A stretch of 64,000 nucleotides of DNA from Eubacteriales bacterium OttesenSCG-928-K08 (GCA_030266105.1 JAJDHH010000003.1:6269-70268); one strand, 5' to 3'. Counted from the first letter of the stretch, positions 19,213-28,836 are shown. Translations and numbers: made by a program. Notes: generated by a model from the sequence alone, not told the origin.

Positions 19213-19668
19213 ATGGAGGAACAGCAAAACGAAACATACCTGAGCGTTTGGTTAAACGGGCAGCTTTATTGCCTTGCTGCGCAGTATGTTGTGCAGATTA
19301 TGGCTGTGCCTGAAATTGTGCCTGTGCCCGAGTTTCCGCCCTATGCTTATGGTGTGGCGAACATTCGAAATGAGATTGTGCCCGTGTTGAGCACCAGAAA
19401 GCTTCTGGGTATGCCTCACGGAGAATTTGATGGGCGAACATGCGTGATTTTTGCATCAGTCCAAGGCAGGCAGGTGGGTTTTGTCGTCGATTCAGTTTAT
19501 GAAGTCTGCACGATCGATAACTCGCAGATGCTTCCTGTTCCGGCTGTAGGTGGTGTGCAATACCGTTTTGTGGATGGCATGTGCAAGCAAAAGGATACTA
19601 TTTTGCTGCGCCTGGCGGTGGATAGCATGCTCTCCCCTGATGAGCTTGCGCAGTTGGACTTAAAATGA
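19213..19668 (+). CDS. cheW: CheW adaptor protein
   Basis: VPEFPPYAYGVANIRNEIVPV, VGFVVDSV. Confidence 0.88.
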   Translation: MEEQQNETYLSVWLNGQLYCLAAQYVVQIMAVPEIVPVPEFPPYAYGVANIRNEIVPVLSTRKLLGMPHGEFDGRTCVIFASVQGRQVGFVVDSVYEVCTIDNSQMLPVPAVGGVQYRFVDGMCKQKDTILLRLAVDSMLSPDELAQLDLK

Positions 19669-20984
19669 TGCAGGATAGTATTTATGCGCTATCCACCCCG
19701 GCGGGTGGGGCGATTGCGCTAATCCGCGCCAGTGGCCCGTTATGTGCCGATGCTGTTAGGGGGCTTACAGGGCGGGCGCTGATGAATAACCCAAGGTATA
19801 TGACACGCGCAGTATTGACTTGGGAAGGCAGTGTTATTGATGAGGCGATGGTCGTGTGCTTTTGTGCGCCCAAGAGCTACACCGGCGAGGATATGCTGGA
19901 GCTGCACTGCCACGGCTCCAAGGCTGTCATAAAAAAGGTTTTTGCGGCGCTTGAGCAATGCGGGCTGCGCCCGGCGGAGCCGGGCGAATTTACACGGCGA
20001 GCCTTTTTAAACGGCAAGCTTGATCTTTCGCAGGCAGAGGCCGTGATGGATATTATTCAGGCCGAGGCGGATCAATCCGCACGGGCGGCGCTCGATCAGC
20101 TTCAAGGTAGGCTTAGCCATGAAATCCAGGCAATCGAGCAGATGCTTTATGAAGCGTTAAGCGGCATAAGCGCGGCGATCGACTATCCGGATGAAATGGA
20201 TGAGGATGTGTTTTTTAGCCTGCCGGGTACACTAACTACTGCAAGGGATAGGCTTAGCGAGCTGATTGAGCAGGGCATGCAAGGCCGCGTGCTTAGGGAA
20301 GGTTTTCGTGTGGTGCTGCTTGGGGCGCCCAACGTGGGCAAAAGTAGCCTCCTAAATGCACTTTTAGGTTATGACAGAGCGATTGTAACCGCGCAGGCAG
20401 GCACAACGCGCGACACATTGGAGGAAACGCTGCTGCTGGATGGATATCCGTTTTTGCTAACGGATACGGCAGGGCTCAGGCAAAGCGAAGATGATGCGGA
20501 GCGGGAAGGAATAGCCCGAACAGAACGCGCGCTTGATGGCGCGGATGCGGCGCTGCTGCTGCTGGATGGTTCTGTGCCCTTGCAGGAGGATTTAGAAGAG
20601 CTTCTTGTAAGAACGGAAGGGATAAAGAGCCTGCTGCTGCGAACTAAGATAGATATTCCCTCACAATGGGATTGGAACGAGCTTTTAAAAGGGCGCAAGT
20701 GCTTGGATATCAGCGCAAAAACGGGCGAGGGCCTGCAGGCGCTAAGGGAAGCGCTGGTTTTAATGGCGGGGCCTTTAGCCGACGCATATGTCACTAACAG
20801 GCGGCATATTAAGGCGCTCAAACAGGCACAGCTTTCTGTGGAGCAGGCGCTTATTGCGCAGGATGCGGATTGCGCCTCAACGGATATCAGGGATGCGCTT
20901 GTGAGCTTGGGTGAAATAACGGGAAGCACGGTGGACGATCAGGTGATCGAACAAATATTTGCAAGGTTTTGTGTAGGAAAGTAA
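19665..20984 (+). CDS. mnmE: tRNA modification GTPase MnmE
   Basis: SYTGED..E.HCHG, PGEFTRRAFLNGK, GAPNVGKSS, GTTRD, DTAG, IFARFCVGK. Confidence 0.97.
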   Translation: MMQDSIYALSTPAGGAIALIRASGPLCADAVRGLTGRALMNNPRYMTRAVLTWEGSVIDEAMVVCFCAPKSYTGEDMLELHCHGSKAVIKKVFAALEQCGLRPAEPGEFTRRAFLNGKLDLSQAEAVMDIIQAEADQSARAALDQLQGRLSHEIQAIEQMLYEALSGISAAIDYPDEMDEDVFFSLPGTLTTARDRLSELIEQGMQGRVLREGFRVVLLGAPNVGKSSLLNALLGYDRAIVTAQAGTTRDTLEETLLLDGYPFLLTDTAGLRQSEDDAEREGIARTERALDGADAALLLLDGSVPLQEDLEELLVRTEGIKSLLLRTKIDIPSQWDWNELLKGRKCLDISAKTGEGLQALREALVLMAGPLADAYVTNRRHIKALKQAQLSVEQALIAQDADCASTDIRDALVSLGEITGSTVDDQVIEQIFARFCVGK

Positions 20985-21000
20985 CGGGGGGATTTTTATC

Positions 21001-21399
21001 GTGATGATGCTTGAGGAAATGCAAAAAAAGTTTACTATGTTTCCGGGTGACAAGTACATCCATGAAATACGCACGCTTTTGGGTGAAGAGATTGCCTCAC
21101 ACCCGGAGGATGGCTGCACGGATGAGCTTCGTTTTTTGTGCTATTTGCTTTTTTACATCGGCAAGGTAGAGGATTGCGAGATTATCTGGAAAGCAAAAAG
21201 CATAAGCATGGATACGAGCATTATGATTGACGTTGGTCTGCTTTTTGGCGCCGGTTATGAGGCAACAATGGAGTATATCGAAGATAAGCCGCACATGGCG
21301 GGCATGCGATATTATATGGAGGAATACAACGCAACGGTTGATGAGCCGATCGTTCGCGATGAAACCTTACATCTGTTCCTGATTTACTTTGGAATGTAA
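21001..21399 (+). CDS. Hypothetical acidic protein
   Basis: Open frame with G-rich RBS directly after mnmE; no motif I can name. Confidence 0.7.
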   Translation: MMMLEEMQKKFTMFPGDKYIHEIRTLLGEEIASHPEDGCTDELRFLCYLLFYIGKVEDCEIIWKAKSISMDTSIMIDVGLLFGAGYEATMEYIEDKPHMAGMRYYMEEYNATVDEPIVRDETLHLFLIYFGM

Positions 21400-21612
21400 G
21401 CGTTAAGCCGCTTTATTTGCTGAGCGCCGATAAAAACAGTTAAGCCGCCGGATGCGTTATATATTATGTATTCTCGGCGAGTATCTATCATTCACAAAAC
21501 AATCAAGCTATACTGAATATGCAGGATTCACAGCGCATACCTGCATAGTTTGTTTTCCTTTTTTGTTGCGCTGTGTGCGCGGATTTGTATGATATAAAGG
21601 AGGTCGGTTCAT

Positions 21613-23340
21613 TTGAAACAGCTGATGTTAGGCAACGAGGCGATTGCCCGTGGCGTATACGAAGCGGGCGTTAAGGTCGCTTCTGCGTACCCAGGCACGC
21701 CAAGTACCGAAATCAACGAGAACGTTGCAAACTATCCGGAGGTGTACTCCGAGTGGGCGCCAAACGAAAAGGTGGCCGTGGAAGTCGCGCTGGGCGCGGC
21801 AATCGCTGGCGGGCGAAGCATGGCTTGCATGAAGCACGTGGGCCTGAATGTTGCGGCTGATCCGTTCTTTACCGCGACTTACACCGGCATAAACGCCGGC
21901 ATGGTTGTTGTCGTTGCGGATGATCCGGGGATGCACTCATCACAAAACGAGCAGGATACCCGCATGCTGGCAGCTGCCTCACATGCGCCGGTGCTTGATC
22001 CTTCCAACTCTCAGGAGTGCAAGGATTTTATGAAGGTAGCGTATGAAATCAGCGAAAAATACGATACTCCCGTTATCGTGCGCCTGACAACACGCATCGC
22101 GCACGCGCGCACGGTGGTCGAACTGGGCGAGCGCGAGGAGCGCGAGCTGGTCGATTACAAAAAGGATCCCCGCAAGTATGTTTCCATGCCGGGCAATATG
22201 ATCGGCCGCCACGTTGTGGTGGAAGCACGCGAAAAGCAGATGATTGCCGACGCGAGCGAGATGGAAATCAACCGCATCGAATGGGGGGATAAAAAGCTGG
22301 GCGTTATAACGAGCGGCGCCGCTTATAACTACGTGAAAGAAGCTTTGCCGCAGGCCTCGGTTTTGAAGCTGGGCATGGCTTATCCGTTGCCTGAGAAGCT
22401 AATTCGCGATTTTGCATTTGAAGTTGAAGAGCTTGTTATCATCGAAGATATGGAGCCATTCTACGAGAATGCCATTAAGGCGATGGGCCTTGAGTGCTAT
22501 GGCAAGGAGCTTACCGGCGTGCAGGGCGAGCTTTTTGCAAGGAAGGTCGCCGCAAAGTTTGCAGGCGCCCCCGAGCCCGGCCCGATGACCACACAAAACA
22601 TCCCCGTGCGCCCGCCGGTGCTTTGCCCCGGCTGCCCGCACCGCGGTTTGTTCTACATTCTTAACAAGCTTAAGCTGACGGTCGCATCCGACATCGGTTG
22701 CTACACGCTGGGCGCGCTTGCGCCGCTGGCGGCTGTTGACACCTGCATCTGCATGGGCGCTTCAATAAGCATGGCGCACGGCTTTGAAAAAGCGCGTGGC
22801 CGCGAGCAGGCAAGAAAGACCGTTGGCGTGCTGGGCGACAGCACATTCTGCCACAGCGGCATGACTGGGCTGCTCAACATGATGTACAATAGATCCGTCG
22901 GCACGATTATTGTTGCGGACAACTCCATCACCGGCATGACCGGCCACCAAAACAATCCGCTTAACGGCCTGGATATCCACGGAAATCCCGCGCCGCAGCT
23001 GGATTTGGAAATGCTCTGCAAAGCGATGGGCATTAACCATGTAGTGGTTGTTGATCCGTTCGACACGAAAGAGCTTGAGCGGGTTGTTAAGGAAGAAACC
23101 AACCGCGATGAGCTATCCGTCATCATTTCACGCCGCCCATGTGCGCTTATCATTAAGCCCACAGGCGCGCTTATGAAGTGTAATGAGGAAAAATGCAAAA
23201 ACTGTGGCATGTGCATGAAGATTGGCTGCCCGGCAATCCGCAAAACGGAAACGGGCGTGTATGTCGATCAAACCCAGTGCGTAGGCTGCGGCCTGTGCAG
23301 CCGCGTGTGCCCGTTTGGCGCCATGCAGCTGTCCAACTGA
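21613..23340 (+). CDS. iorA: Indolepyruvate:ferredoxin oxidoreductase alpha subunit
   Basis: LGNEAIARG, YPGTPSTE, MKHVGLNVAAD, RPPVLCPGCPHR, DIGCY, GDSTF.HSG, C-terminal ferredoxin. Confidence 0.95.
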   Translation: MKQLMLGNEAIARGVYEAGVKVASAYPGTPSTEINENVANYPEVYSEWAPNEKVAVEVALGAAIAGGRSMACMKHVGLNVAADPFFTATYTGINAGMVVVVADDPGMHSSQNEQDTRMLAAASHAPVLDPSNSQECKDFMKVAYEISEKYDTPVIVRLTTRIAHARTVVELGEREERELVDYKKDPRKYVSMPGNMIGRHVVVEAREKQMIADASEMEINRIEWGDKKLGVITSGAAYNYVKEALPQASVLKLGMAYPLPEKLIRDFAFEVEELVIIEDMEPFYENAIKAMGLECYGKELTGVQGELFARKVAAKFAGAPEPGPMTTQNIPVRPPVLCPGCPHRGLFYILNKLKLTVASDIGCYTLGALAPLAAVDTCICMGASISMAHGFEKARGREQARKTVGVLGDSTFCHSGMTGLLNMMYNRSVGTIIVADNSITGMTGHQNNPLNGLDIHGNPAPQLDLEMLCKAMGINHVVVVDPFDTKELERVVKEETNRDELSVIISRRPCALIIKPTGALMKCNEEKCKNCGMCMKIGCPAIRKTETGVYVDQTQCVGCGLCSRVCPFGAMQLSN

Positions 23341-23359
23341 GAAAGGAGCGTGTAAGTAT

Positions 23360-23935
23360 ATGATTGGTATCGTAATTGTTGGCGTAGGCGGCCAGGGCAC
23401 GCTTCTGGCCAGTAAAATATTAGGTACGCTGGCGCTGGAGAATAATTATGACGTGCGCGTAAGCGAAGTGCATGGCATGAGCCAGCGTGGCGGAAGTGTT
23501 GTAACCTATGTGCGCATGAGCGCGGATGAAAAGGTATATTCCACAATCGTTGAGCAGGAGCAGGCGGATGTTGTGCTGGCGTTTGAAAAGCTGGAGGCGC
23601 TGCGTGCGCTCCCCTATGTAAAACCCGAGGGCACAATGATCGTTAACACACAGGAGCTTATGCCCATGCCGGTAATAATCGGCGCGGCGGAGTATCCGGC
23701 GGACTGCATGGAGCGCATAGCTGCGGGCGCGAAAAATGTGATTGGGCTTGATGCAACAGGCATCGCGCAGGAGTGCGGCACATACCGTGCGGCCAATGTT
23801 GTGCTGCTGGGCGTGCTCGCAAAGCTTTTACCCTTCACATATGATGATTGGATGCGTGCTGTTGAAAAGAACGTAAAACCCAAGTTCATCGACATCAACA
23901 AAGAAGCGTTCAAGCGCGGCTACGAATTCAAATAA
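23360..23935 (+). CDS. iorB: Indolepyruvate:ferredoxin oxidoreductase beta subunit
   Basis: GVGGQG, SEVHGMSQRGGSV, NVVLLG. Confidence 0.95.
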   Translation: MIGIVIVGVGGQGTLLASKILGTLALENNYDVRVSEVHGMSQRGGSVVTYVRMSADEKVYSTIVEQEQADVVLAFEKLEALRALPYVKPEGTMIVNTQELMPMPVIIGAAEYPADCMERIAAGAKNVIGLDATGIAQECGTYRAANVVLLGVLAKLLPFTYDDWMRAVEKNVKPKFIDINKEAFKRGYEFK

Positions 23936-23950
23936 GAGAATATTTTCTTA

Positions 23951-23990
23951 AACAAACGACCCGGGATTTTATATCCCGGGCCGTTTGCTT
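23951..23990 (+). terminator. Intrinsic terminator of iorAB
   Basis: CAAACG.CCCGGGAT...ATCCCGGG.CGTTTG. Confidence 0.65.
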
Positions 23991-24230
23991 GTGACAATGA
24001 ACCCAAACAAAAATGCGTTTATATTTTGAAATCGCATGAAAACAACAAAATCAAAATCAAACAGCTTAAGCTATTCGATTTGGTGAGAGCAACCATAAGA
24101 AAAACGAAATACAGCGCATTTTGCATAGCAAACTGCATAAAAAATGAAGGCTGGCAAGAGCGCTTGCAGGAAGGTAGACGAGTTTTTTCAGTTTGATCTT
24201 ATTTTGCCATAATAATGCCATATATAAAAG

Positions 24231-24304
24231 TTATCAACATTATGCACAGAGTTATGCACCGATCCAGAAAACATTGAGCTTGTCTGTGCACAGAGTTATG
24301 CACC
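24231..24304 (+). repeat. Cluster of DnaA-box-like 9-mers including an 18-bp direct repeat
   Basis: TTATCAACA 24231, TTATGCACA 24240, TTATGCACC 24252 and 24296, CTGTGCACA 24284; TGCACAGAGTTATGCACC at 24243 and 24287. Confidence 0.65.
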
Positions 24305-24559
24305 ACCATTTTAAGCCGATCTTATTTTGAGAAAAAATGATTTTGACGCATTCAAATTCGCAAGGTATCCTGCAAAATGTTTTTTAAAGAAAAAATCATT
24401 GTATGCAAAACTTCATTAAAAAAACGACTTGACATAGAAAAATCTTATGTGAAATTGACTACGCATAAGATTTGCTTATTTGACATTATTGGATTTATTA
24501 GCTAAGCGTTACGCTTGTATCAAGAGCATATGTTTGTGCCTTACAACATGTGAAACATC

Positions 24560-24590
24560 GATTATATAAAACAAATATATGGCAATACTA
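24560..24590 (+). promoter_or_regulatory. Putative sigmaF-type forespore promoter
   Basis: GGCAATACTA at 24581-24590 fits the sigmaF -10; only an approximate -35 (GATTA); precedes a spoIIQ-like gene. Confidence 0.45.
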
Positions 24591-24642
24591 GATTCTGCAA
24601 CCATTCCGGTGCAGAATCGTTTATAATGAAGGAGGAACTATT

Positions 24643-25398
24643 GTGGATTATAATAATCCGTCAAAATTTGGGGCCTTTAAGGAACGCGCGGCAGGCTTCC
24701 TGAAGAAACACGGTTTTTATGTTGTGCTGGGTTTATGCGCTCTTTGTGCGGGTATAGCAGCGCTGGCGCATTACCTTCCCGGGTCGGGGCAAACACAGGC
24801 GCCCACACCCACCCAACAATTAGCGCAGCAGGTTGGGCAAAGTGATGATGAGCGGCTAAAGGATGTTGTTGAGCTTGCTACCCCAACGCCGACAATAACA
24901 CAAAGCCCTCAAAGCACACCTGATGAGCCTCCAGCAGCAACACCAAAGCAGCCCGAAAAAGCGGTTTCGGCAGCAAAAGCGCCCAATAAGGCGGCAGCGC
25001 CTGTGGAGGGTAAGGTTATTTGGGGTTACGCTGTGGACACGCTGCTGTATTCAAAAACGCTCGATCAGTGGACGACTCATGAAGGCGTTGATATCGCTGC
25101 AAAACTGGGCGCAGCGGTAAAGGCTGTTCGTGGCGGGACGATACAAAAGGTATATGAGGATAATTCGCTTGGCATAACCGTTACGGTCTTGCACGATGAT
25201 GGTGTTTTGAGTCTCTACGCTAACCTTGCAAAGGATCCGCCGGTCAAAGCGGGGCAGCTTGTAAACGCAGGCGATACGCTTGGTGAAGTGGGGGAGAGCG
25301 CAGTAAGTGAATGCGGGCTTGAGCCACACCTGCATTTTGCGCTTTACAAAAAAGAAACACCTTTAGACCCTTATGAGCATGTTCTGTTAGGCAAATAG
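24643..25398 (+). CDS. Membrane-anchored M23 peptidase, clostridial SpoIIQ-like
   Basis: K.GFYVVL..C TM anchor, Pro/Thr linker, YSKTLDQWTTHEGVD (HxxxD), PHLHF. Confidence 0.8.
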   Translation: MDYNNPSKFGAFKERAAGFLKKHGFYVVLGLCALCAGIAALAHYLPGSGQTQAPTPTQQLAQQVGQSDDERLKDVVELATPTPTITQSPQSTPDEPPAATPKQPEKAVSAAKAPNKAAAPVEGKVIWGYAVDTLLYSKTLDQWTTHEGVDIAAKLGAAVKAVRGGTIQKVYEDNSLGITVTVLHDDGVLSLYANLAKDPPVKAGQLVNAGDTLGEVGESAVSECGLEPHLHFALYKKETPLDPYEHVLLGK

Positions 25399-25457
25399 TC
25401 GCTTGGAATAAAACGGCCGGGCCTTGTTGGCGGCAAACAAAAAAGGAGGAATAGAAT

Positions 25458-26879
25458 ATGAAGCGGTTAAGGTATGTTTTGGCTCTGATTTTACTGTTGT
25501 GTATTGCACTTTCGTTGGCGCCTGTGGCATTAGCACAGGGAACAGCAGGTTATGTCAAAGCAACAAGCAGCACGCAAATTCGTGAATCTGCGAATGGCGA
25601 AAGCATTGGAACGTTCCCTAAGGGTGAAATTGCGCAGGCGCTAAGCTCATCCGGTTCGTGGACTATGATTAATTACAATGGAACGATGGGTTATGTCCTG
25701 ACTTCTAAGGTAAGCGTTTATACCGGAGCCGTTTCAGACAATGTGGTATCCTCAGTGAATGTAACATCCTCCAGCAATAAAAACACAGCCGTTGCAACGG
25801 CAACTGTGAACATACGCAAAGGCCCCGGCACCAACTATTCAAAGCTGGGCCAGCTTAAAAAAGGCGATACTGTCAGCGTTGTTGGTGAGGTTTCGGGCTG
25901 GACGATTATCGATTGGAAGGATGGCGTTGCATATGTCAGCTCCAAATATTTAAAGTCGGGCGGCACAGGCAGCGCATCCACCACTGTGATTTATGTAGAA
26001 GCCTTGCAAAAAGCAACAATTCACTCAGGGCCAAGCTCGGCAAACCGGGTTGTGGAAACCATGGAAAAAAACGAGCAGGCGGAGTATATTTCCACTTACG
26101 GCAGCTATTATAAGGTTTCGTTTAATGGTAGCACGGGTTATGTAAACGCGGGTAATGTTACGATTGTTGGCGGTGTGCCGGAAGCTACGCAAGGCAGAAG
26201 CTGCTTTGCCATTAAGACTGCCCGTGTGTTTAACGGCACCGGAACAAATGCAAAGGCATATACCTACATGCTTGCGGGTGACGGCGCACAGCTTGTAAGC
26301 TCAAACGATACATGGACATGTGTGTATTACAAGGGAAAAACAGGATATGTCTATTCGGATAATGTCGTCAAGGTAACGGGCACAGGAACATATTCCGTTT
26401 CGGATATCGGCAAATGGTATTATGCTAACGCCAGCAAAACAATGGCGTACTCCATTCCTTTGGAGAGCAGCAAATATAGAACGGGCTACCTCGATTATAA
26501 CGAGGAGGTGTGGGCGTTTAGCGGCAACAGCTATTGGACAAAGGTATACATAAACGGCAAGCAGATGTTTGTGCCCACAGCTAACCTTAGCAGCCGCCCG
26601 CTTTCCGGCAGCGGAATAAGCGCCGGCAAATATTTTGCGGGTGAGGTTTTGAGAATCAAGGCGTGGGGCGGTGCGAGTGTGTACACAAGCACGCTTGGCC
26701 ACCTTTATGTGCCGGAGGGAGAAAACACCGCTTACGGAGAGATTTTGCGCGGCACGCGCGTAACAGTAATGCGCACGCACGGCAATTACATTATGGTGTG
26801 CTGGGTTGAGGATCGCGATGAGCCCGCAAACAAATACCGCATGCACGTAGGGTTTATTCTTGAAGAAACTGTAGAATAG
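25458..26879 (+). CDS. Secreted protein made of about 6 SH3b-like domains
   Basis: Signal peptide (ALA); repeated VNIRKGPGT...L.KG..V......W..I...G..GYV units. Confidence 0.85.
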   Translation: MKRLRYVLALILLLCIALSLAPVALAQGTAGYVKATSSTQIRESANGESIGTFPKGEIAQALSSSGSWTMINYNGTMGYVLTSKVSVYTGAVSDNVVSSVNVTSSSNKNTAVATATVNIRKGPGTNYSKLGQLKKGDTVSVVGEVSGWTIIDWKDGVAYVSSKYLKSGGTGSASTTVIYVEALQKATIHSGPSSANRVVETMEKNEQAEYISTYGSYYKVSFNGSTGYVNAGNVTIVGGVPEATQGRSCFAIKTARVFNGTGTNAKAYTYMLAGDGAQLVSSNDTWTCVYYKGKTGYVYSDNVVKVTGTGTYSVSDIGKWYYANASKTMAYSIPLESSKYRTGYLDYNEEVWAFSGNSYWTKVYINGKQMFVPTANLSSRPLSGSGISAGKYFAGEVLRIKAWGGASVYTSTLGHLYVPEGENTAYGEILRGTRVTVMRTHGNYIMVCWVEDRDEPANKYRMHVGFILEETVE

Positions 26880-27066
26880 CCAGGGGAATGGGCAACAATT
26901 CCAGATTTCCCTTTTGACACATGAATATTGTATGAACTTTGTGCCGTTTGGTTTTTTTGATGGTGCGGAAGCTGTATAATAGAATTGGTCAAAGGTGATG
27001 CTATATGCAAAACCATTGAATGGATGGTTAAGGGATAATGTCAAAACGCAAAGGAGGCATTTCAAC

Positions 27067-28809
27067 ATGAAAAACAACAAACTGCGCCGGAGTTTGGCGC
27101 TTGCGCTTTTGTTTGCGCTGGTGCTTGCGGTTGCCGCGCCAGCGCTTGCGGCAAGCTATGTAACGGCAACGCAATCTTGCATGGTTAGAAGCGCGGCCAA
27201 CTCCTCGGCAAGCATTTTAGGTACATTAAAAAAAGGCTCCACAGTCGAGAAGCTGGGAACCTCGGGTAATTGGACCAAGGTCGTTTTTAATGGCAAAACA
27301 GGCTATGTTTTAACGTCGTATGTGTCGTCCAGCGGCGATTCGAGCAGCTCCGACAGTTCGAGCAGCTCCGGCAGCGCAACAAACGTTAAGGGAAGCACGG
27401 TTTATGCAACATCAACCGTGAATGTCAGGAGCGGGCCAAGCACCAGCTACAAAATCCTTGGCGAATTATACAAGGGCGAAGCTGCAAGCAAGCTGGGTGA
27501 GGTTTCCGGCTGGACGATTATCGATTGGAACGGGGGCACGGCATATGTCAGCTCCAGTTATCTTTCAAGCTCATCATCAGGAAACTCAGGCGATTCCGGC
27601 AGCTCCTCAAAAGTTTGGGTAGAGGCCACTACCGGCGTTAACGTGCGCAGCGGCCCCGGCACAAGCTATTCAATCATCGGCGGCCTTGAGCGTGGGGATA
27701 CCGTGCAGAAGCTGGGAACATCCGGCAACTGGACAAAGGTATACTATTACGGCAAAACCGCGTATGTCAGCAGCTCGTATCTACGCTCTGTTTCATCCGG
27801 CAACGGCTCAGATCAGGGCTCAACGAACACACACAACCGCATATACGCCTATGAAGATGACACGGCCATACGCTCAGGCCCCGGCACGGGTTACCGTGTG
27901 ATCGGCTATATGGACGCGGGAGATTATCTCACATACACAAGCACGAGCGGTTCCTGGTATAAGGTAAGCTACGGCGGTTATTCCTCAGCGTATGTGCGCA
28001 TGTCCGATGTGTATCTGTATGGTTCGAGCTCCGGCTCAGGCGGCGGCTCAGTTTCAAGCGGCAGTGTTGTGTTTGCAACAAGCAACTCAAGGGTTTACTC
28101 TCGTGCTTCGACAAGCGCAAGCTCGCTTGGTTACCTTTATCAGGGCGATAGCGCCAGGGTGATTAGCTCCAGCGGCAGCTGGTGCACAATAAGTTTTGAT
28201 GGGCAAACAGGTTATGTGCAGACCAGCCGTGTCGAGGTTGTGAGCGGCACAGGCGCCTACACCTATAGCAGATATAACAGATTCCTTTACGCGCAGTACA
28301 GCAGAGTCTATTGCTATAGTGTGCCGCAGGCGTTGACGACTTATCGTGTAGGTTACCTTGACAGAAACGAAAGCGTATACGTGCTTGAGCAAAACGGCTA
28401 CTGGGCAAAGATTGATATTGATGGCGAAGTAATGTTCGTTTACTGGAGCGATTTAGGCAGCTACCGTTCAGGTGGCAGCTCAGGTTCCGGCAGCTCAGGT
28501 AGTTCCGGCAGCTCGGGCTCGAGCAGTGCAAACACATATTATGTTGGCAGAACTGTGTATATCGCCAATTATGTGGATGCGCCAACGTACGCCAACCACT
28601 ATAATAACGATGCTTTTAAGTATAAAAAATACAACAGCAATGTTGAAGAAGTGTATGGCAATTTAAAATATCAGTCTGCCGTTGTGGTTTCCAAAACACC
28701 GGTTGGCAGCCGCGTTGAGGTTAGATGGTACGACAGCAACGCACGCGGAAACCTGTTTGCGTATGTAGATATTGATGATATTTCAACGACAAGGCCGACA
28801 AGAAAATAA
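27067..28809 (+). CDS. Secreted protein made of about 7 SH3b-like domains with Ser/Gly linkers
   Basis: Signal peptide (PALA); repeated VNVRSGPGTSY units; paralogous to the upstream gene. Confidence 0.88.
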   Translation: MKNNKLRRSLALALLFALVLAVAAPALAASYVTATQSCMVRSAANSSASILGTLKKGSTVEKLGTSGNWTKVVFNGKTGYVLTSYVSSSGDSSSSDSSSSSGSATNVKGSTVYATSTVNVRSGPSTSYKILGELYKGEAASKLGEVSGWTIIDWNGGTAYVSSSYLSSSSSGNSGDSGSSSKVWVEATTGVNVRSGPGTSYSIIGGLERGDTVQKLGTSGNWTKVYYYGKTAYVSSSYLRSVSSGNGSDQGSTNTHNRIYAYEDDTAIRSGPGTGYRVIGYMDAGDYLTYTSTSGSWYKVSYGGYSSAYVRMSDVYLYGSSSGSGGGSVSSGSVVFATSNSRVYSRASTSASSLGYLYQGDSARVISSSGSWCTISFDGQTGYVQTSRVEVVSGTGAYTYSRYNRFLYAQYSRVYCYSVPQALTTYRVGYLDRNESVYVLEQNGYWAKIDIDGEVMFVYWSDLGSYRSGGSSGSGSSGSSGSSGSSSANTYYVGRTVYIANYVDAPTYANHYNNDAFKYKKYNSNVEEVYGNLKYQSAVVVSKTPVGSRVEVRWYDSNARGNLFAYVDIDDISTTRPTRK

Positions 28810-28836
28810 CGCACATAAGCAAAGCAACTAAAAAGC

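Noticed and set aside
24195-24329. oriC or a mini-CRISPR
   Set aside because: No dnaA/dnaN and no switch in gene orientation; only two 18-bp repeats and no cas genes. Kept only as a DnaA-box-like cluster.
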